Positions 13,571 through 27,717 of a DNA stretch of 64,000 nucleotides are shown here, one piece after another (within the stretch, counting starts at the first letter, position 1; each line of letters opens with the position of its first letter). A model generated the notes under the pieces. That model was not told the DNA's origin, made no database searches, and saw only the letters and a list, made by a program, of their open reading frames with translations. The DNA lies in the NCBI GenBank assembly GCA_964016885.1, contig OZ024740.1:128774001-128838000 (forward strand), read 5' to 3'. This DNA comes from Eledone cirrhosa (Eukaryota). The position numbers and the translations under genes are program-made.

Positions 13571-14295
13571 AAATGTTTTTTTTCCCACTTTTTTCTCCAT
13601 AATTTCTGGTAGCAACTTCTCTAATAAAACATCAGTTAACCTCATTACTTCCTCCTTCTATATAGAGAAGTACGAAGTCTTCCCTTTTTTTACTTCACTC
13701 TATTTTACTACGCCTCACCGTTCAACACTCTTCTTTCCCGCACCAATAATTTTATTCCCCCCATCAAATTTGCAACGTTTTTTTATACTCGCCCACACCC
13801 ACGTCACTACGTACACACATAATTCAGAAACACACAAGAGGTAAGGCGTAAAATGATACTATCAACAGTAACATTATTCTAAACCTTAAGCTTACTAACA
13901 TTTTCAAAATTGAAATATATTATAATCAAAGAATCACATCAATTTAGTGACAAATAACATTTCAATCCTCTATCGGAAGATTAAAAAAAAAACAATATTA
14001 TAGATCACGTAGCACAACAATTGGATACTTTTAAATGAAATATAAATAAACCTTGAATAAATAAAAAACTAAAAGCAATATGAATCCAAATGAAGAATTC
14101 AATCATTATTCGATTATGTATTTATTAAATTTTATCAGAAACCCGTCTGTAGGAAACTGTATTGATGACAAGAACGCTTAAAACATTAATTAAACAAATA
14201 TAGAGAATCATGACGTCTGCACGTCGAACAAATGAAAGTTGGTGTTGAACTATTTGGTGAAGGAATATGACTACAAAATAATTATGGTGAGACAA

Positions 14296-14352
14296 ATAAT
14301 TGTTTCTACTTTAGGCACAAGGCCAGCAATTACCCAGTGCATTACTGGTACT
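14296..14352 (-). mobile_element. SINE 3' fragment
   Basis: aataattgtttctactttaggcacaaggccagcaatt matches the 3' end of the copies at 19834, 22630, 53203 and 63165. Confidence 0.7.
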
Positions 14353-14787
14353 ATATGGTGAGACAAATAATGCAACTATATTAGTCAGTGCTGAGTCTTA
14401 TATTCATATTTTAGGAAACTACGTGAGACAACCCTCGGCATGTATGGAAGTATTATGGCGTTGCACATTTTTATGTATGATTTGAGTCAACATGAACATT
14501 ATGTAGACATGAAACGGTTAATGATAGTTATTGGCAAAAATAGAAGCTAGAACATAGGTTTAGCAACTGAAACTGACTTCGGGAAATCGTGTTCCGAATT
14601 ATAAACTGGCAACTAATATTTATCCATATATACTGGGGAGTGGTAAATATACAGACACGTGCTGTAGTTGCTGTTCTACTAATATGTCTATTAGTAGCAC
14701 AAATGAGCTGGTACGTTGCCTACAAATAACTGATATATGAAACTTTTACACCCCCCCCCCCCCCTCATATATATATATATATATATA

Positions 14788-14830
14788 TTCAGGACCCTGA
14801 CGGCCGTTTCGACAGCTAGGTCCGAAATAT
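14788..14830 (-). mobile_element. PLE pLTR remnant (3' half of a hammerhead) next to (TA)n
   Basis: Minus strand reads tagctgtcGAAAcggccgTCagggtcc, homologous to 11278-11316 but with a short palindromic stem III. Confidence 0.5.
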
Positions 14831-14940
14831 ACAATACATAGATACATACAATACATACATATACACAGACATACTTACACGCATACATATATACATGTAT
14901 ACAAACATACATACGTATATAAATATATACGTACACACAT

Positions 14941-14975
<35 letters not shown>

Positions 14976-16899
14976 CATGTGTGTGTATGCATATTAGTGT
15001 GTTCATGAGTGAGTATTTTTAAATGTGGAAATCACATTGATGGTGTGAGGCAATGCTTAACAATCGCTAATATGAGGCATAGGGACCGGAATAAATGTAT
15101 GGGATAGCTTCTGATTGAAAATCAAAACTCACTTAACTGATTAATTCAATGGTTAAATCTGCGTTAAATTATATCTGTTAGGGTTAATGGAAATTCATTT
15201 AGAATATATCAGGATCTCCATCGTTTAGACGCCTTGTCATTGCTAAATATTTTGCCCAGGCTTGCAAATATTATACAATTCCTCAACAATCTTCAATAAA
15301 TTTCAATTCAAACGTACTTCATACAAAGTTGTACACATTAATCCTCCGAGTTAATTCTAGAATTCCATTAGAATTCCACTCGCGGGATTCTGGTTTATAC
15401 ATAAATACCTAGATTGTAAATTGTTCATTGTCAAAAAAGTTATGTCTGAACGATTCATCGCATTATTTTTTTCGTAAAATATAACTTTGTGCTGCAAATC
15501 ATTTTTGAATTTCAACACAGTGGCTAAATTATGACACCTATTTCGTATTCGATTTATCGAATAAATACTATTACATTGCCGAATCTAAATTCCTTAGTTT
15601 AATAATTGTAAATGTCTTCAATATTTCAGACAGGGTGCAAACTTTAGAAAAATAGACTTCATATATTCTTAATATTTAAAGTATTGTCTTATTCTCGTTT
15701 ACTATTACCAGCCAATCACACAAAATCGATCATTATCAATAGATGTTTATTAAATATCTCGTTCGCAGAGTCTAGAGAACAAATTAATTTGCAAACTGAT
15801 CAAGCACAGGCTCCAACGTTACTTTCATCAAACCCCGGACATTCAATTTTATGATATCGAGTCTCTGTCGACTTAATCCACGACAGCACATTATTGGTAT
15901 TTATTTACTTGAAACAATTAATACTAGTGTCAATTAGGCACAGCACATAGAAGCTCAAAAGTAAAATGCTGTGAGGGATGTTCACTGATAGCTATTTGCT
16001 CTGACAACATTACTTTCTTCAAACATAAATATGAAAAAGTAGTTAAAATATCATCTGTACAGTCATTTCATTTTCCCACGAAGACACACATACATACGCG
16101 CATAAACACATGCGTGCGTGCACACACATAATCATGCGCTAAAATCTTGACTATCACCTAATGCAAAATAAGTACATATTACCATACTTCACAAGGAATG
16201 TATTATTAAATTGGCGCCATCTAGCTATATTGATATCAGATGTCATTTCACCGTTGAAATGATCAATGTGCCCCTGAAGTATTGCACTGATTATCTGGTT
16301 TTGTTTATATGCTATTATATTTCAATGGATATTAAGAAATAACTTGACTGCCAGCTATATAGAAATATGTGTCATCAACATTACAAAACAACTCATTTCA
16401 TGGGAAATTAACATTTAAACAACTAATCCACTGCTTCAAATACGATTTCAGTTAAAAGCAGCTTTCCAAATAAAAGGATATGCTTCAGGTAAAGGAATAA
16501 AAGGGAAAGTATAAATGCCGATAGAGTCAAGAGAAAACGCCTTCTTGTATGTATTATCCGGTTGATCGTGGTCTGGCCTGGAGTTATATCGGAATAGTTT
16601 CTTTGAACTCCAATACTAAAGATCCGTATTTGACATGTATCATAGCTTTTCACATTATGAATGAAAGAAAGAAAAAGAGGTTTGTGATTAGTGTATAGCG
16701 TTTATATCTGAGAGTATATTCTAAATCACAGACATTTGGTTCTATGGTTGAATTTCCAGCTCACAGAATGCAAACAAAATCCTCGCAGCATATTTTCAAC
16801 TGAGTTATAATGATTAATCCCTGAGTCAATATTTCACGCTGTCGATATCGATTTTAAGTCTCACAAATCTACAAGCGAGTTTCTTTACTCTGTTTACAT

Positions 16900-17400
16900 C
16901 ATATGTTCCGAATACACAATATAACAGTACAAACAGAACACTTGCTCATGACATTAAGAAAAAAGACGCCACCCAGAAGCTTCCGTTATGATATATATAT
17001 ATACAATGAAAGCAATCCGAACCAGTGGTTATGTGATTTTGTGCTCTTCTAATTTCATTCAGCGTTACGAATCATTGTCAGATGAATGAATAAAAGTTTC
17101 AAAGTACTTAAAAATTAATAACGTATATTACCTCTTTTATTTTATCTTCAATATAATATATATGCGATTTCTACATCTCGATATTTCTCCTCTAACTGCC
17201 AAATCATCTGACTACATTGCATAAATAAGTGAATGTATTTATACCGTAGATCAATATATGAGGGTTCGATAGTATGATGAGATAGCGGAAGCAGTATAAT
17301 GTCATGTTGAATATACAAAAGTATTAAACTCTCATCTCTAATTCTTTGAGTTCCAAATCGCACTATGTTTCAAACGCATATGTAGATAATTTCTTTAGAT
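16900..17400 (-). pseudogene. Possible second decayed hAT transposase relic
   Basis: ORF 17148..17363 has LPLSHHTIEPSYIDL...WQLEEKYRD (cf. IPLSNNTVSRRIDDM...LQLDESTD). Further downstream is KCSVCT (cf. KCVGVCTDG). Weak. Confidence 0.3.
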
Positions 17401-18397
17401 CTTTAATGCACTTGGGAAACCTCATTGGTGAAACCATTCAATTCTCATTAACACACCTGGCATTCAGAAGTGCTCGCCTTGCACTAGTTTTAGTCCGACA
17501 AGCCACACGGTTATCCACACTAAAAAGTAAATAAAATGGTTAGAGGGCATATTTTTATTTTCACCCAGAGTAGAAAATGGTAGGATTGATCGGATTGTAA
17601 TCTAAACTTCGCTGAGCTTCAGGAATGGAGGATCAGTAAGCTTATAACTTTGGTTACGCTACATTTCGGGGTAACCATTTTATATAAATATGAAAATAAG
17701 TCTACATTTGGTTGATTTGATCTCATACCGTAAAAAGGTTTTAACAAAATATAACACGGCATTTAGTCCGGCAATCTACCGTGTCTGCTGTCCCTTGCCC
17801 TTTGATGGCCATAATGAGGTTGAGGCTGAGCAAGAGGTGAAATATGAGGGGGGGGGGGATGAAGGAAGGAGGCAAGGTACAAGAAAGTAAATGATGAAAA
17901 GACAATCAGTTAAAGCAAATATACAATATGGTTCACGGTTAATTTGTGAGAACAGCTATAAATTGTTATGTTGATGTGTCGGCTGCTGATGGTGTTGTTG
18001 TTGTTGTGGTTCATTTTGTTATTGATGTTAGTGTTTGAGCTAGTGTGTGTTCTTGTATTTACGGGAGGTTATGTTGTGGTGGTGGGTCAGTGGAATCTAA
18101 TAAATCAAATTGAATCAATTTAAAGATAATCAATATAATCACTTGTCTGTCTCTCACACATTCCCGCACAAATAGCAAGCAGAACAAAAATTTAGAAACA
18201 AAGAAATAGCAAAGCAAACAAACAATAAAACAAGAAAAAAGAAAAGAAAACTTTAGAAAAAAAAAATACAAACAAATTTAGAAACATATTAACAAATAAA
18301 CAGAACTTATACACATACACAATAACATGACTCCATCACAGAATTACGTTAAGATAGTGAAAAGAGGAATATTCTTTATCTATAGGTGTGCCTCTCC

Positions 18398-18455
<58 letters not shown>

Positions 18456-19145
18456 TGTGTGTGTGTGTTTGGTATGAATATGCGCATGTGTGTGTATTTG
18501 GAGTGTGTGCACGAGCATATGAATGTCTGCGTGCTCCTGTGTGGTGACTGTGGGTAGGCGTGAAGACGGGAGTGATGTCGAATATGAAACTAGATGGTTA
18601 CGCATTAATGTATTCAGACTACAGAGGATTATAGATACTGTTTATTCTAGATGAAAAAATATTGAACCATGAAAGCAAGGGTGTTAAAGATGTAGTTGTG
18701 ACGTTTCATAGTTGTTGTTGAGAAACTGATGTTATTGTTGTATTTGTTTTTACATGACTTTTTCAAAGGAGAAAGAGTAGCGTCTATGAGACGTATGAAG
18801 ACTTTTGCGACTGGGAAATTTACCATCAATATGGAGATCTAGTCTGAATATTCGTAATAGATTAGCATCTACAAAACAAATACTATAGCCAGAGTGAGAA
18901 GGGGCTACATTTGTACAGTTTTTCCTATTCAAATTTCTCTCGAAACGTTTTCTTTGGTATACGATTCACAATGCCACACAGAGAGATTGAATCTAAAATC
19001 ACTCTATTTCGAAGTAAACAAAGAACGACACGAGAATGTTTGTGCTATGTTTTTGCTCATTAGACCTGCTAAATATTGTCTTTGGAGACAAATGATCAAT
19101 ATCTTTGCAATGATTTTTTATCCTGTATTTTTGCAATCCATCATG

Positions 19146-19325
19146 ATTCTGGTGTAATGACCGAAATTAAACGATCGCGAATGCACGCAGCTGTAATGGG
19201 GTTTCTCCGAATGGTTTTTGGACTAATGTTATACGATAGAATGCGTAGCTCGGTGATTAGAAAGTCGCTCCTGTTAGAGCCCTACTTCTCTGAATTTAGA
19301 GATTACATCTCCGATATGGCATGAG
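19146..19325 (+). mobile_element. RTE-clade LINE fragment (post-RT region)
   Basis: VMTEIKRSRMHAAVMGFLRMVFGLMLYDRMRSSVIRKSLLLEP (cf. WVMTERTRSRIQAAEMGFLRRVAGLSLRDRVRSSVIREELGVEP). Confidence 0.85.
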
Positions 19326-19833
19326 GCAAATTACATGAATAATTGCTGTACTTCCCTGCACATCGTGTGGTCGTATATAGATGCACGCATTGGCCTGATA
19401 ATCTGATATTTGGAAGAAAACCTAAAGCTTCAAAATTGCAAATTTGTATTCACATACCAATAAGTATACAGCTGGTATTGCTATCAATGCAAAGGTGAAC
19501 AGATAGGTTTCATTTCACAAAGTCCCCTCCCTAATATAATGGATATATACACTTTTCCAATTTTACGTATTCTAGCCGACTTGCTGAGACATTTCTGAGG
19601 CACCGCCAAATACAGATACATGCACACGCGCATCCACACGCACACACAAGCACACACATACATACACACACACATATATACATATAATCCTATATATATG
19701 TATATTATAATTTGTACACACTATAATTCATTCGTATCATTCTCTTGGGTATATGAATGACAAACATACCTTGTACATAGGCAGGCGTGTTATCTCATGC
19801 AAACTTTAGTTGCAATAGATTAGCGTATGCACA

Positions 19834-20000
19834 AATAATAATTGTTTCTACTTTTGGCTCAAGGCCAGCAATTACACCAGTACATTAAAAGTTCATTATT
19901 TTATCGACCCCGTAAGGATGAAAGACAAAGTTAACCTCAGCGGGATTTGAACTCAGTCCTTAAAGTGACGTAACTTTATGCAGGAAAGCATGGCGTCCTT
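19834..20000 (-). mobile_element. tRNA-derived SINE (octopus-type)
   Basis: Contains ttatcgaccccgtaaggatgaaagacaaagttaacctcagcgggatttgaactcag (B-box on the minus strand), shared with the other copies. Confidence 0.8.
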
Positions 20001-20084
20001 AACGGTTCAAGTTTTCCTTGGATGAAAACTTGAACCGCTAGAGTATTTTTCTTGGTGGTGTCAACATTTATAAAACACACTTCG

Positions 20085-20144
20085 TATTTTATCTGATGAA
20101 AGCGTACCAAATTTTGGTACCCTTGAAATATATATAATAGAATA
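20085..20144 (+). ncRNA. Type I hammerhead ribozyme motif (PLE-type)
   Basis: TATTTTAT-CTGATGA-AAGcGTACCAAattTTGGTACcCTT-GAAA-TATATA-TA-ATAGAATA: 8-bp stem I, 10-bp stem II, palindromic stem III and an AUA site. Confidence 0.85.
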
Positions 20145-20390
20145 AATATGGTTTTATAAATATAGTTTCCATTTATTTATTATCATTGAATATATATATA
20201 TATATACGGGATAACAGATTATAGTTATGGCAGTCCACTTAGATGTAGTCCAGTTGGAGTAGTTCTTGTAGTGGATAGTATTAACGTGTGGCTTACTTTG
20301 ACGCAACAAGACGTTTCCATAGTGATGCTGCGAGTTCGCGGTGATTTTTATGTAGTTTATACTTGAAGTAATAATAATTCAAGGAAGAAG

Positions 20391-20527
20391 ATTGACATGG
20401 TTCGCTACACAATAAGGGCTATATTCACATTGCTGACAATTGATTCTTTGATATGACAGGTCTAGAGTTCGCTATACGCCTGTTTTTGCGTCAATCGATC
20501 TCCAATACTTTGTTTATAACCAGTTTG

Positions 20528-20589
<62 letters not shown>

Positions 20590-20726
20590 CAAACTGGTTA
20601 TAAACAAAGTATTGGAGATCGATTGACGCAAAAACAGGCGTATAGCGAACTCTAGACCTGTCATATCAAAGAAGCAATTGTCAGCAAAGTGAATAAAGCC
20701 CTTATTGTGTAGCGAACCATGTCAAT
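20391..20726. repeat. ~336-bp near-perfect palindrome centred on (TA)n
   Basis: The arm 20391-20532 is the reverse complement of 20585-20726 with about 3 mismatches. Confidence 0.95.
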
Positions 20727-21320
20727 ATATATATATATATATATATAGCTTATTTTAGTTATTGCTCGCACCAGCCTGAGGTATCTGATTTTTAATGCGA
20801 TGAAATACCAACGATGGTTGGCAAATCACTGATGAGGGACTAATTTTATAATATGTAATCCATGTGCAACCATGCAGTATTCTTCTCCCCTTGTTTTTCA
20901 TATATAAATATATATATATATATATTAATGACGATAAACATGGTGATCTCTTCAGACAGCAAACATTGATTAAAAGGTGAGGATTTTATGTGGAAGGGAG
21001 CGGACTAAAAAAATGTGTTTTTGTTTTGGTCGTCCGCCCCCTTCTGGTTTCAGCACTGCGCAGGCGTAGGTTGGCTGACCACTAACCTACACCCAAAATA
21101 TACCGACCTTGTAAATTCTCTCTATCTACCAGTCTCAAACCTCCTCGGCCGACAACTCGATATGGTCAGTGGCAGTTCAAACCAGCCAAAATTTACTGCT
21201 AGCTTTGGCAACCAGTAGGATTTCGGTGCATTAGTATCCGTTATCCGTTTGTGTTGTGATAACCACCCCAAAGCGGGAAAGTTCCCTTCTGCTATGGTTA
21301 AAATAACTTATAGAAACAAA

Positions 21321-21353
<33 letters not shown>

Positions 21354-21989
21354 ATTGTGCGAGTATATGCGCGCGTGTATATGTTTGTGTGTGTATGTAT
21401 GTGTAGTTGTTTATATAACACATAAAATAATTTTATGACCGTGTGCTGTGCTTAAAAGTCACATCAGTACGTATTAATACAGTAGCTGAGAGTGGTTTCT
21501 CATTCGTTTCAGGTTTGTAGCCCATATATGTTTCCTATATACGAATATACGTATTTTCGGACGTTCGGAATATGAAGTAAATCTTCTTCTAAGCTATTGT
21601 GTAATAAGAATTGTAAGGTAAACTGTCTTTCATGCACTGTCTTATCCTCTGTCATCCCTCCCCTCTTTCTATCTCATAGTAATTACAAAAAAAAACATAC
21701 ATGTTGATTAACATACGTACATAATAGATGTTTGGCGGAGAGAGTCCTAAGAAAAATCAGAATGAGAGAAACAATAGCACAGTATAAAACACGTTTTCGT
21801 ATATGCATACGTACACATACATACGGACACACATACACACACACACAAAACAGGTACACAGACACACACACACACACACACACACATACACACACACACA
21901 CACATATATATATACACACACACACATACATACATAGATACATTCATACATACATAATATATACATACAAACAAACATACATACGTAAA

Positions 21990-22410
21990 TACAGTAAACA
22001 TAATCCTGATAATAAATACATTAAAAGTTACAGCAATGTAGAAGACATAAATATATAATATGAAAATGTACTGGTGGAATGTTCCAGTCAAACCCCACTA
22101 GAATACAAACATAATAGACCAGATATAGTGATATTGGACAGGGAATAGAAGGCATGCACAATAGTGGAAGTCGCGTACTCAGCAGATGTAAATATAATAT
22201 CAAAGATTAGAGAAAAGGAGAACATATATGCAAAACGAATAAGTAATCTGCAGATTATGCCGGTGATCATTGAGGTTCTGGAATATATTACTATCTGCCT
22301 CGGTACAAACTTTGAGAAGCTGAGTTTCATAGAACCGGAATAGTTAGGAAGTTAGAAATACAATCCATTAATGGAACTGTAAACTATGTAAAACACTCCC
22401 AATATTCTGC
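21990..22410 (+). mobile_element. 3' fragment (RLE domain) of a different RLE-type non-LTR retrotransposon family
   Basis: YWWNVPVK-..KHNRPDIVILDRE*KACTIVEVAYSADVNIISKIREKENIY...MPVII contains the PD-(D/E)xK-type RLE motif and is clearly diverged from the 53-62 kb family. Confidence 0.8.
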
Positions 22411-22629
22411 ATGTAATAATTGAATATACAGAAGTATAGATACAAAACATATGCACATATACACATGTACCTCAAAACAGAGAAATCCACACATACAATG
22501 ACATCCATACTTCCACTCACACACGCAGGCATACATACATATTTACCTTGTTAATGTTCTCTTAATTCTAAAAAAGTGTATTGTGCCTATGTTAGAAATC
22601 GGCTCTCTCTGTGTTAGTAAAAATATATA

Positions 22630-22812
22630 ATATAATTGTTTCTACTGTCGGCACAAGGCCAGCAATTATCTCAGTACATTACTGGTACTTTGTTTTATCG
22701 ACCCCCTAAGGATGAAAGTCAAACTTAACCTCGACGGGATTTGAACTCCAATCGTAAAGGGACGTAACTATGCTGGGAAAAATGGCGTCCGACCCTCCAC
22801 CGATATTGCCAA
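22630..22812 (-). mobile_element. tRNA-derived SINE (octopus-type)
   Basis: ggcacaaggccagcaatt...ttatcgaccccctaaggatgaaagtcaaac...gggatttgaactc. Confidence 0.8.
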
Positions 22813-23551
22813 ATGAGACCAAAACATACATACACACATACATATATACATACGTACATAAATGCATACTAAACACACACCTACTTATGTATATCCACAT
22901 ATTTATGAAAGCATGTGCATGCGCGTCTGTTTGTGTACGCATGATACGGATGGCGTTAATAAATTATGTGTTAACGCAGATTGCATGCAGAAGGGCTATC
23001 GAACATGCAATATAACTTCCCGTGGAAGAAAGATGAATAGATATGTGAGACAATGTATCTTGCGGTAATAAATAGATGTCATTTAACCTTTTAAGGAATC
23101 CGTTATAAGTAGAATTATAAAGTAGATAAATTGAATGTAGCTAAACGATCCATGGCTGTAGTCTAAATTCGAAATATCTTTTTCTGAAATAAATTCTATA
23201 TTGTATACGGATATTTAATAGGATTATTTACAATTAACCCCAAACTTCTCTTCTTTGTCTACTAAACTAAACCTCGGTTATTTTGATTAGCAAGTTATTT
23301 GCATCTCTAACAATTCCATAGGAATAAGATTTATATTGCGTAATAGTATTACATATAACTAAATCGGATTCAACGTCCCTTATCTCTGTATTCAACACTT
23401 CGTATGAATAAAATATAAACATGTAAACAACACATATTTGATCATTTAAGTTCATATTTTATATTAAGTTCATGATAGACAATCACACACAACATTTTAG
23501 GTAAAACGTTCTTCTTGAAATATGTGATATATATTTTCATTAATGTTTTCT

Positions 23552-23617
<66 letters not shown>

Positions 23618-23633
23618 CACACACATACGTACA

Positions 23634-23655
23634 TCTATATATATAAAACTGAGGA

Positions 23656-23750
<95 letters not shown>

Positions 23751-24100
23751 CTGTGAGATTGAATCCCTAAAACTGGAGAAGTACCCAACAGATTTTTTTC
23801 AAACTTTACATGTGTATTACTTTTGTTTCACGGAGTGTTACACGCATAAAAAATTAAACTTTTTCATACCATAGGACACTCATTAGGTGAAAAACTTCAT
23901 TTTGTCAGCTTTTTAGGCCATTTTTGAGGCGTTACTTCTAGTCGATTTTCCCGAAATTTCAAGGCATATTATGCACGTAAAAATAATTCATTTTCTTGAT
24001 CCCCTAGGGCCCGCATTAGGTGAAAACCTTCATTTTTCTTGCTTCATCGAGGGAAATCTTAAAGATTAACCAGCCATCAGCGTATTTGGTTTATTTTCTT
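23634..24100 (+). mobile_element. Possible non-autonomous Helitron/Helentron-like element 5' part carrying (TG)n
   Basis: Begins TCTATATATATAAAACTGAGGATGTCTG, then (TG)n 23660-23748, then ...gatttttttcaaactttaca. This layout resembles microsatellite-bearing rolling-circle elements. No 3' end identified. Confidence 0.35.
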
Positions 24101-24119
24101 TACATATTTTCCTGGCAGG

Positions 24120-25282
24120 CAGTTATTACACGGGAGGACGCCGTGGAAACATTACAAATGATGTTTACGAAGGATCAACTCCTAAACAAAAAAGATAATC
24201 TGGTAACTACATGGAAACACAGATTGCGGAAGACTTATCTCGCCCTCAAACCCCCTAACGATCCGGGTGGGTAGACAAGGGCTGAAACCCACCACTTGCC
24301 GAATAATATAGGGAACACCCCAACTGATGTAGGTAGATGTACCTCCTTTATTTTCCTCTATGTTTTGTTCTTCCCTTTGTCTCCTCCTATAACTTCTTTC
24401 CACCACCGAACTTCTTCCTCGTTCGTTCCTTTGTGTTTTTTTGTTTTTTTTTTCATTTCGCGTACGCCGAGGCTGCCCATCGGGCCCTTTAGCCTCAGTA
24501 CACCCACCCCAGTCACTTACATATAGCATTCGCCGATTACGCTATACTAACTAATCATAGCAGCTGTGTTAGACCCCAGAGATGTGGTATTAATTTTTTA
24601 TACTCAATACTAAATTTTCAGTAATTCTCATCTAGGAACCCATTCTATAGCATTGGCCGAAAAAGCAGCACCAACTAATTATAGCAGCTGTGTTAGACTC
24701 CTTAGTTTTTGTTTTATTTCACTTCTCACTTTCCAATCTTACATTCTGATATTACTGTCTCTCATTTTTTATTATATTCTTTTTCATTATATTTTGTCTT
24801 CGTCCCCTAATTCTCATTTGATTTATCTTTTCTATAACGTCCATCCTCCATTTTCTTAAGAAACCCTTTTTCGCCTACCTCCCCTGGCCTACTTTCATAC
24901 ACATACCTTAGAATTTGCCACGTAGATTTCACCTTCAACGCTTGACCGGCTCTACCCACTCCCCTAATGTTCTACAGGCATGTTCAGCCACCCCAACCCA
25001 GCGCCCACTGCCATGATAGACTTTTCTGTGTCTGCTACAAATTTTGACCAATTATCTTGACAACTACAATCTTCCCATATAAGGAAGTACCCCTTGCAAA
25101 GTTCGGATATTTATTTACCAGAATGAAAAAAACTCTTACTTTAGTCCAGAAATAGCCGTCGAAACGGCTTGACAACTGCCATCGGAGTCATACTTTCTCC
25201 TATTAGCCACTCTACAGCCCTAAGTATTGAGTACTCTGGTGCGTTATGGTACATCTGGTTCCTTACCACAACTCCTTCGGTA
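24120..25282 (+). mobile_element. Second, more diverged family-1 PLE 3' fragment
   Basis: ETLQMMFTKDQLLNKKDNLVTTWKHRLRKTYLALKP matches 10040-10145. The pLTR and tail at 25000-25280 match 11130-11405. The hammerhead core is decayed (TTGCAAA). Confidence 0.85.
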
Positions 25283-25325
25283 TATATATATAATTAATTA
25301 AAAGTTGGTTAGAAGCGAAGTCAAT

Positions 25326-25850
25326 GCAGACAGGCAGACATAGAGACATATATTAGAAGCGCGTGACATTATAGCTATGTATCTATCTAAAAAGACAGAG
25401 TAAGAAAAGATAGGAATGACGTATTATATATATTATACATAATAAAGTACCAGTAATGTAATGGATTAATGGCTGGCCTTGTGCCAAAAGTAGAAAAAAA
25501 TATACTTCTTTTTTATACAAGGGTAAATAACATGTTTATGTATGTATATACACGTGTATATACGTTTAAAGAATGCTGTAATAAAATGGACAAATTAAAT
25601 TGTCTTTTATTTATGATACTAACACTATGTGTATATATATATATTCATATATACACTATATGTATGTATATATACATATATACCCTATATATATACATAT
25701 ATACACACGAACACAGATAGAGAAGTTAATGTACAGAATGGCTTTCCTAATGCCGACAGACAGACATACAGCTACATATTATAAGGGCTCGACGTTATAG
25801 CTCTGTATCTATCTAAAAAGACAGACAAAGAAAGAGAGTGGAATGTCGTA
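25326..25850 (+). repeat. Imperfect ~100-bp direct repeat (25326-25423 and 25752-25850)
   Basis: Both copies contain ttatagct(a/c)tgtatctatctaaaaagacaga...ggaatg(a/t)cgta. A SINE 3' fragment (25441-25500) lies between them. Confidence 0.7.
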
Positions 25851-26049
25851 AAACCGGAAGTGTTGACATTTGAACATTTTAAACAAGTGAATATTTAAGT
25901 AATATCTTTAATCTTCCAACAAAATTTAGTAGATAAAAATACCATCACATTCGTACTTGGAAAAAGTTACAATTATGGTGCGAATTTGGTGCCGCTTGCT
26001 TAAGCTGTTTGCGAAAAGTTTGTTACATACATACAGCCGTCAGCTATAT

Positions 26050-26093
<44 letters not shown>

Positions 26094-26136
26094 TCTAAGG
26101 TATGTCAAAATTATTTATAAAACAGCTTATATATTG

Positions 26137-26202
26137 TATTTTGTCTGAGGAAGGCATACCATATTTTTAATATGATATCCCAGAAATATATATAACGAAA
26201 TA
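26137..26202 (+). ncRNA. Type I hammerhead ribozyme motif (same family as 20085)
   Basis: TATTTTGT-CTGAGGA-imperfect stem II-GAAA-TATATA-TA-ACGAAATA. The downstream aataaatatggttttataaatatagtttccat is shared with 20141-20171. Confidence 0.75.
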
Positions 26203-26330
26203 AATATGGTTTTATAAATATAGTTTCCATGTGTTTAATATCGTAAACCTACTCCAAAAACTGTTGAGTGCTTTTATATCAGTTATAAAATATTTATTCG
26301 TTGTAACCCAACAATTTTAAATAAAACTTT

Positions 26331-26434
<104 letters not shown>

Positions 26435-26675
26435 AATATAATTCAGCGAGAATCGTATTTCGGCTGGTAGAAAAAGCGAAACGAAACGCAAAATCGTAGA
26501 AATGCTGGCAAGCGGTCAATAGTTAAAAAAACTAGAGCTAAACAATAAGTTAAAACACACTGAAAAAGTGGTTAAGAAGGCATTAATCACATAAACCAAA
26601 AAACAAATCAAGCTAAACAGGTCAAACAAAATAAATGATAAAAACTAAGGATATATATATATACATATATATACG

Positions 26676-26720
<45 letters not shown>

Positions 26721-26846
26721 AATTTATATCTAGTAACATCTATATACACACAGATGCATATCAATGCTAGCAAATATATAGGTTTTGTCTTATTAACAAT
26801 GTGGTTCAATGCATGGGGTTGCAGAACAATAATATGAGAGACGTAA

Positions 26847-26897
<51 letters not shown>

Positions 26898-27249
26898 GTA
26901 TATATATGTACATATATGTACATATATTTATATATATATATATATAAATGAATATATATGTATGCGTATATATATATATATAAGTATGTATGTATGTACA
27001 TATATATAAAAGTATGTATGTATGTATGTACATTTAGGTAACTGCCGTACTAAGAGTGAGAAATGAAATTTCGTTTCATTCTATTCCATATATATATATA
27101 TATATATATACATATATATAAATAAAAAAATCTTAGTACGGCTGATAGTTAAATATAAGTACGTATACGTACATACTTATATGTATACAGACGTACAGTA
27201 GTATGTATATACTTACATGCACACATACATATATATACTTACATATATA

Positions 27250-27361
<112 letters not shown>

Positions 27362-27612
27362 CATATATATGTAATACCATTGGATATATGAGAGGGATGA
27401 ACACCAATACAAGTATACATGTTTTCGAATTGTAAATGACGAAGTTAGCTAGGTTGAAAAATAGTAATTTAAAACAATATGGTATCCCTGTTTTGATTTA
27501 AGGTAATACATCAATAGAAATCGCCGTTTGATACCCTGAGAGATCTAAATCTGTTTCGTAACAATTGTAAAAGACTATTTTGAGTTTGTAACTCAATATA
27601 TGTACATTTATA

Positions 27613-27673
<61 letters not shown>

Positions 27674-27717
27674 GTATATATAAGAACAAATTAAAAGATG
27701 GTTAAAAAAGGTCCATA

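Noticed and set aside
20820-20880. Hammerhead candidate with CTGATGA
   Set aside because: The second core box is GCAA and the stems are poor, so it is treated as decayed and not listed as a feature.
21135-21190. HDV-like ribozyme suggested by CCTCCTCG
   Set aside because: P3 and P1 pairings cannot be formed from the flanking sequence.
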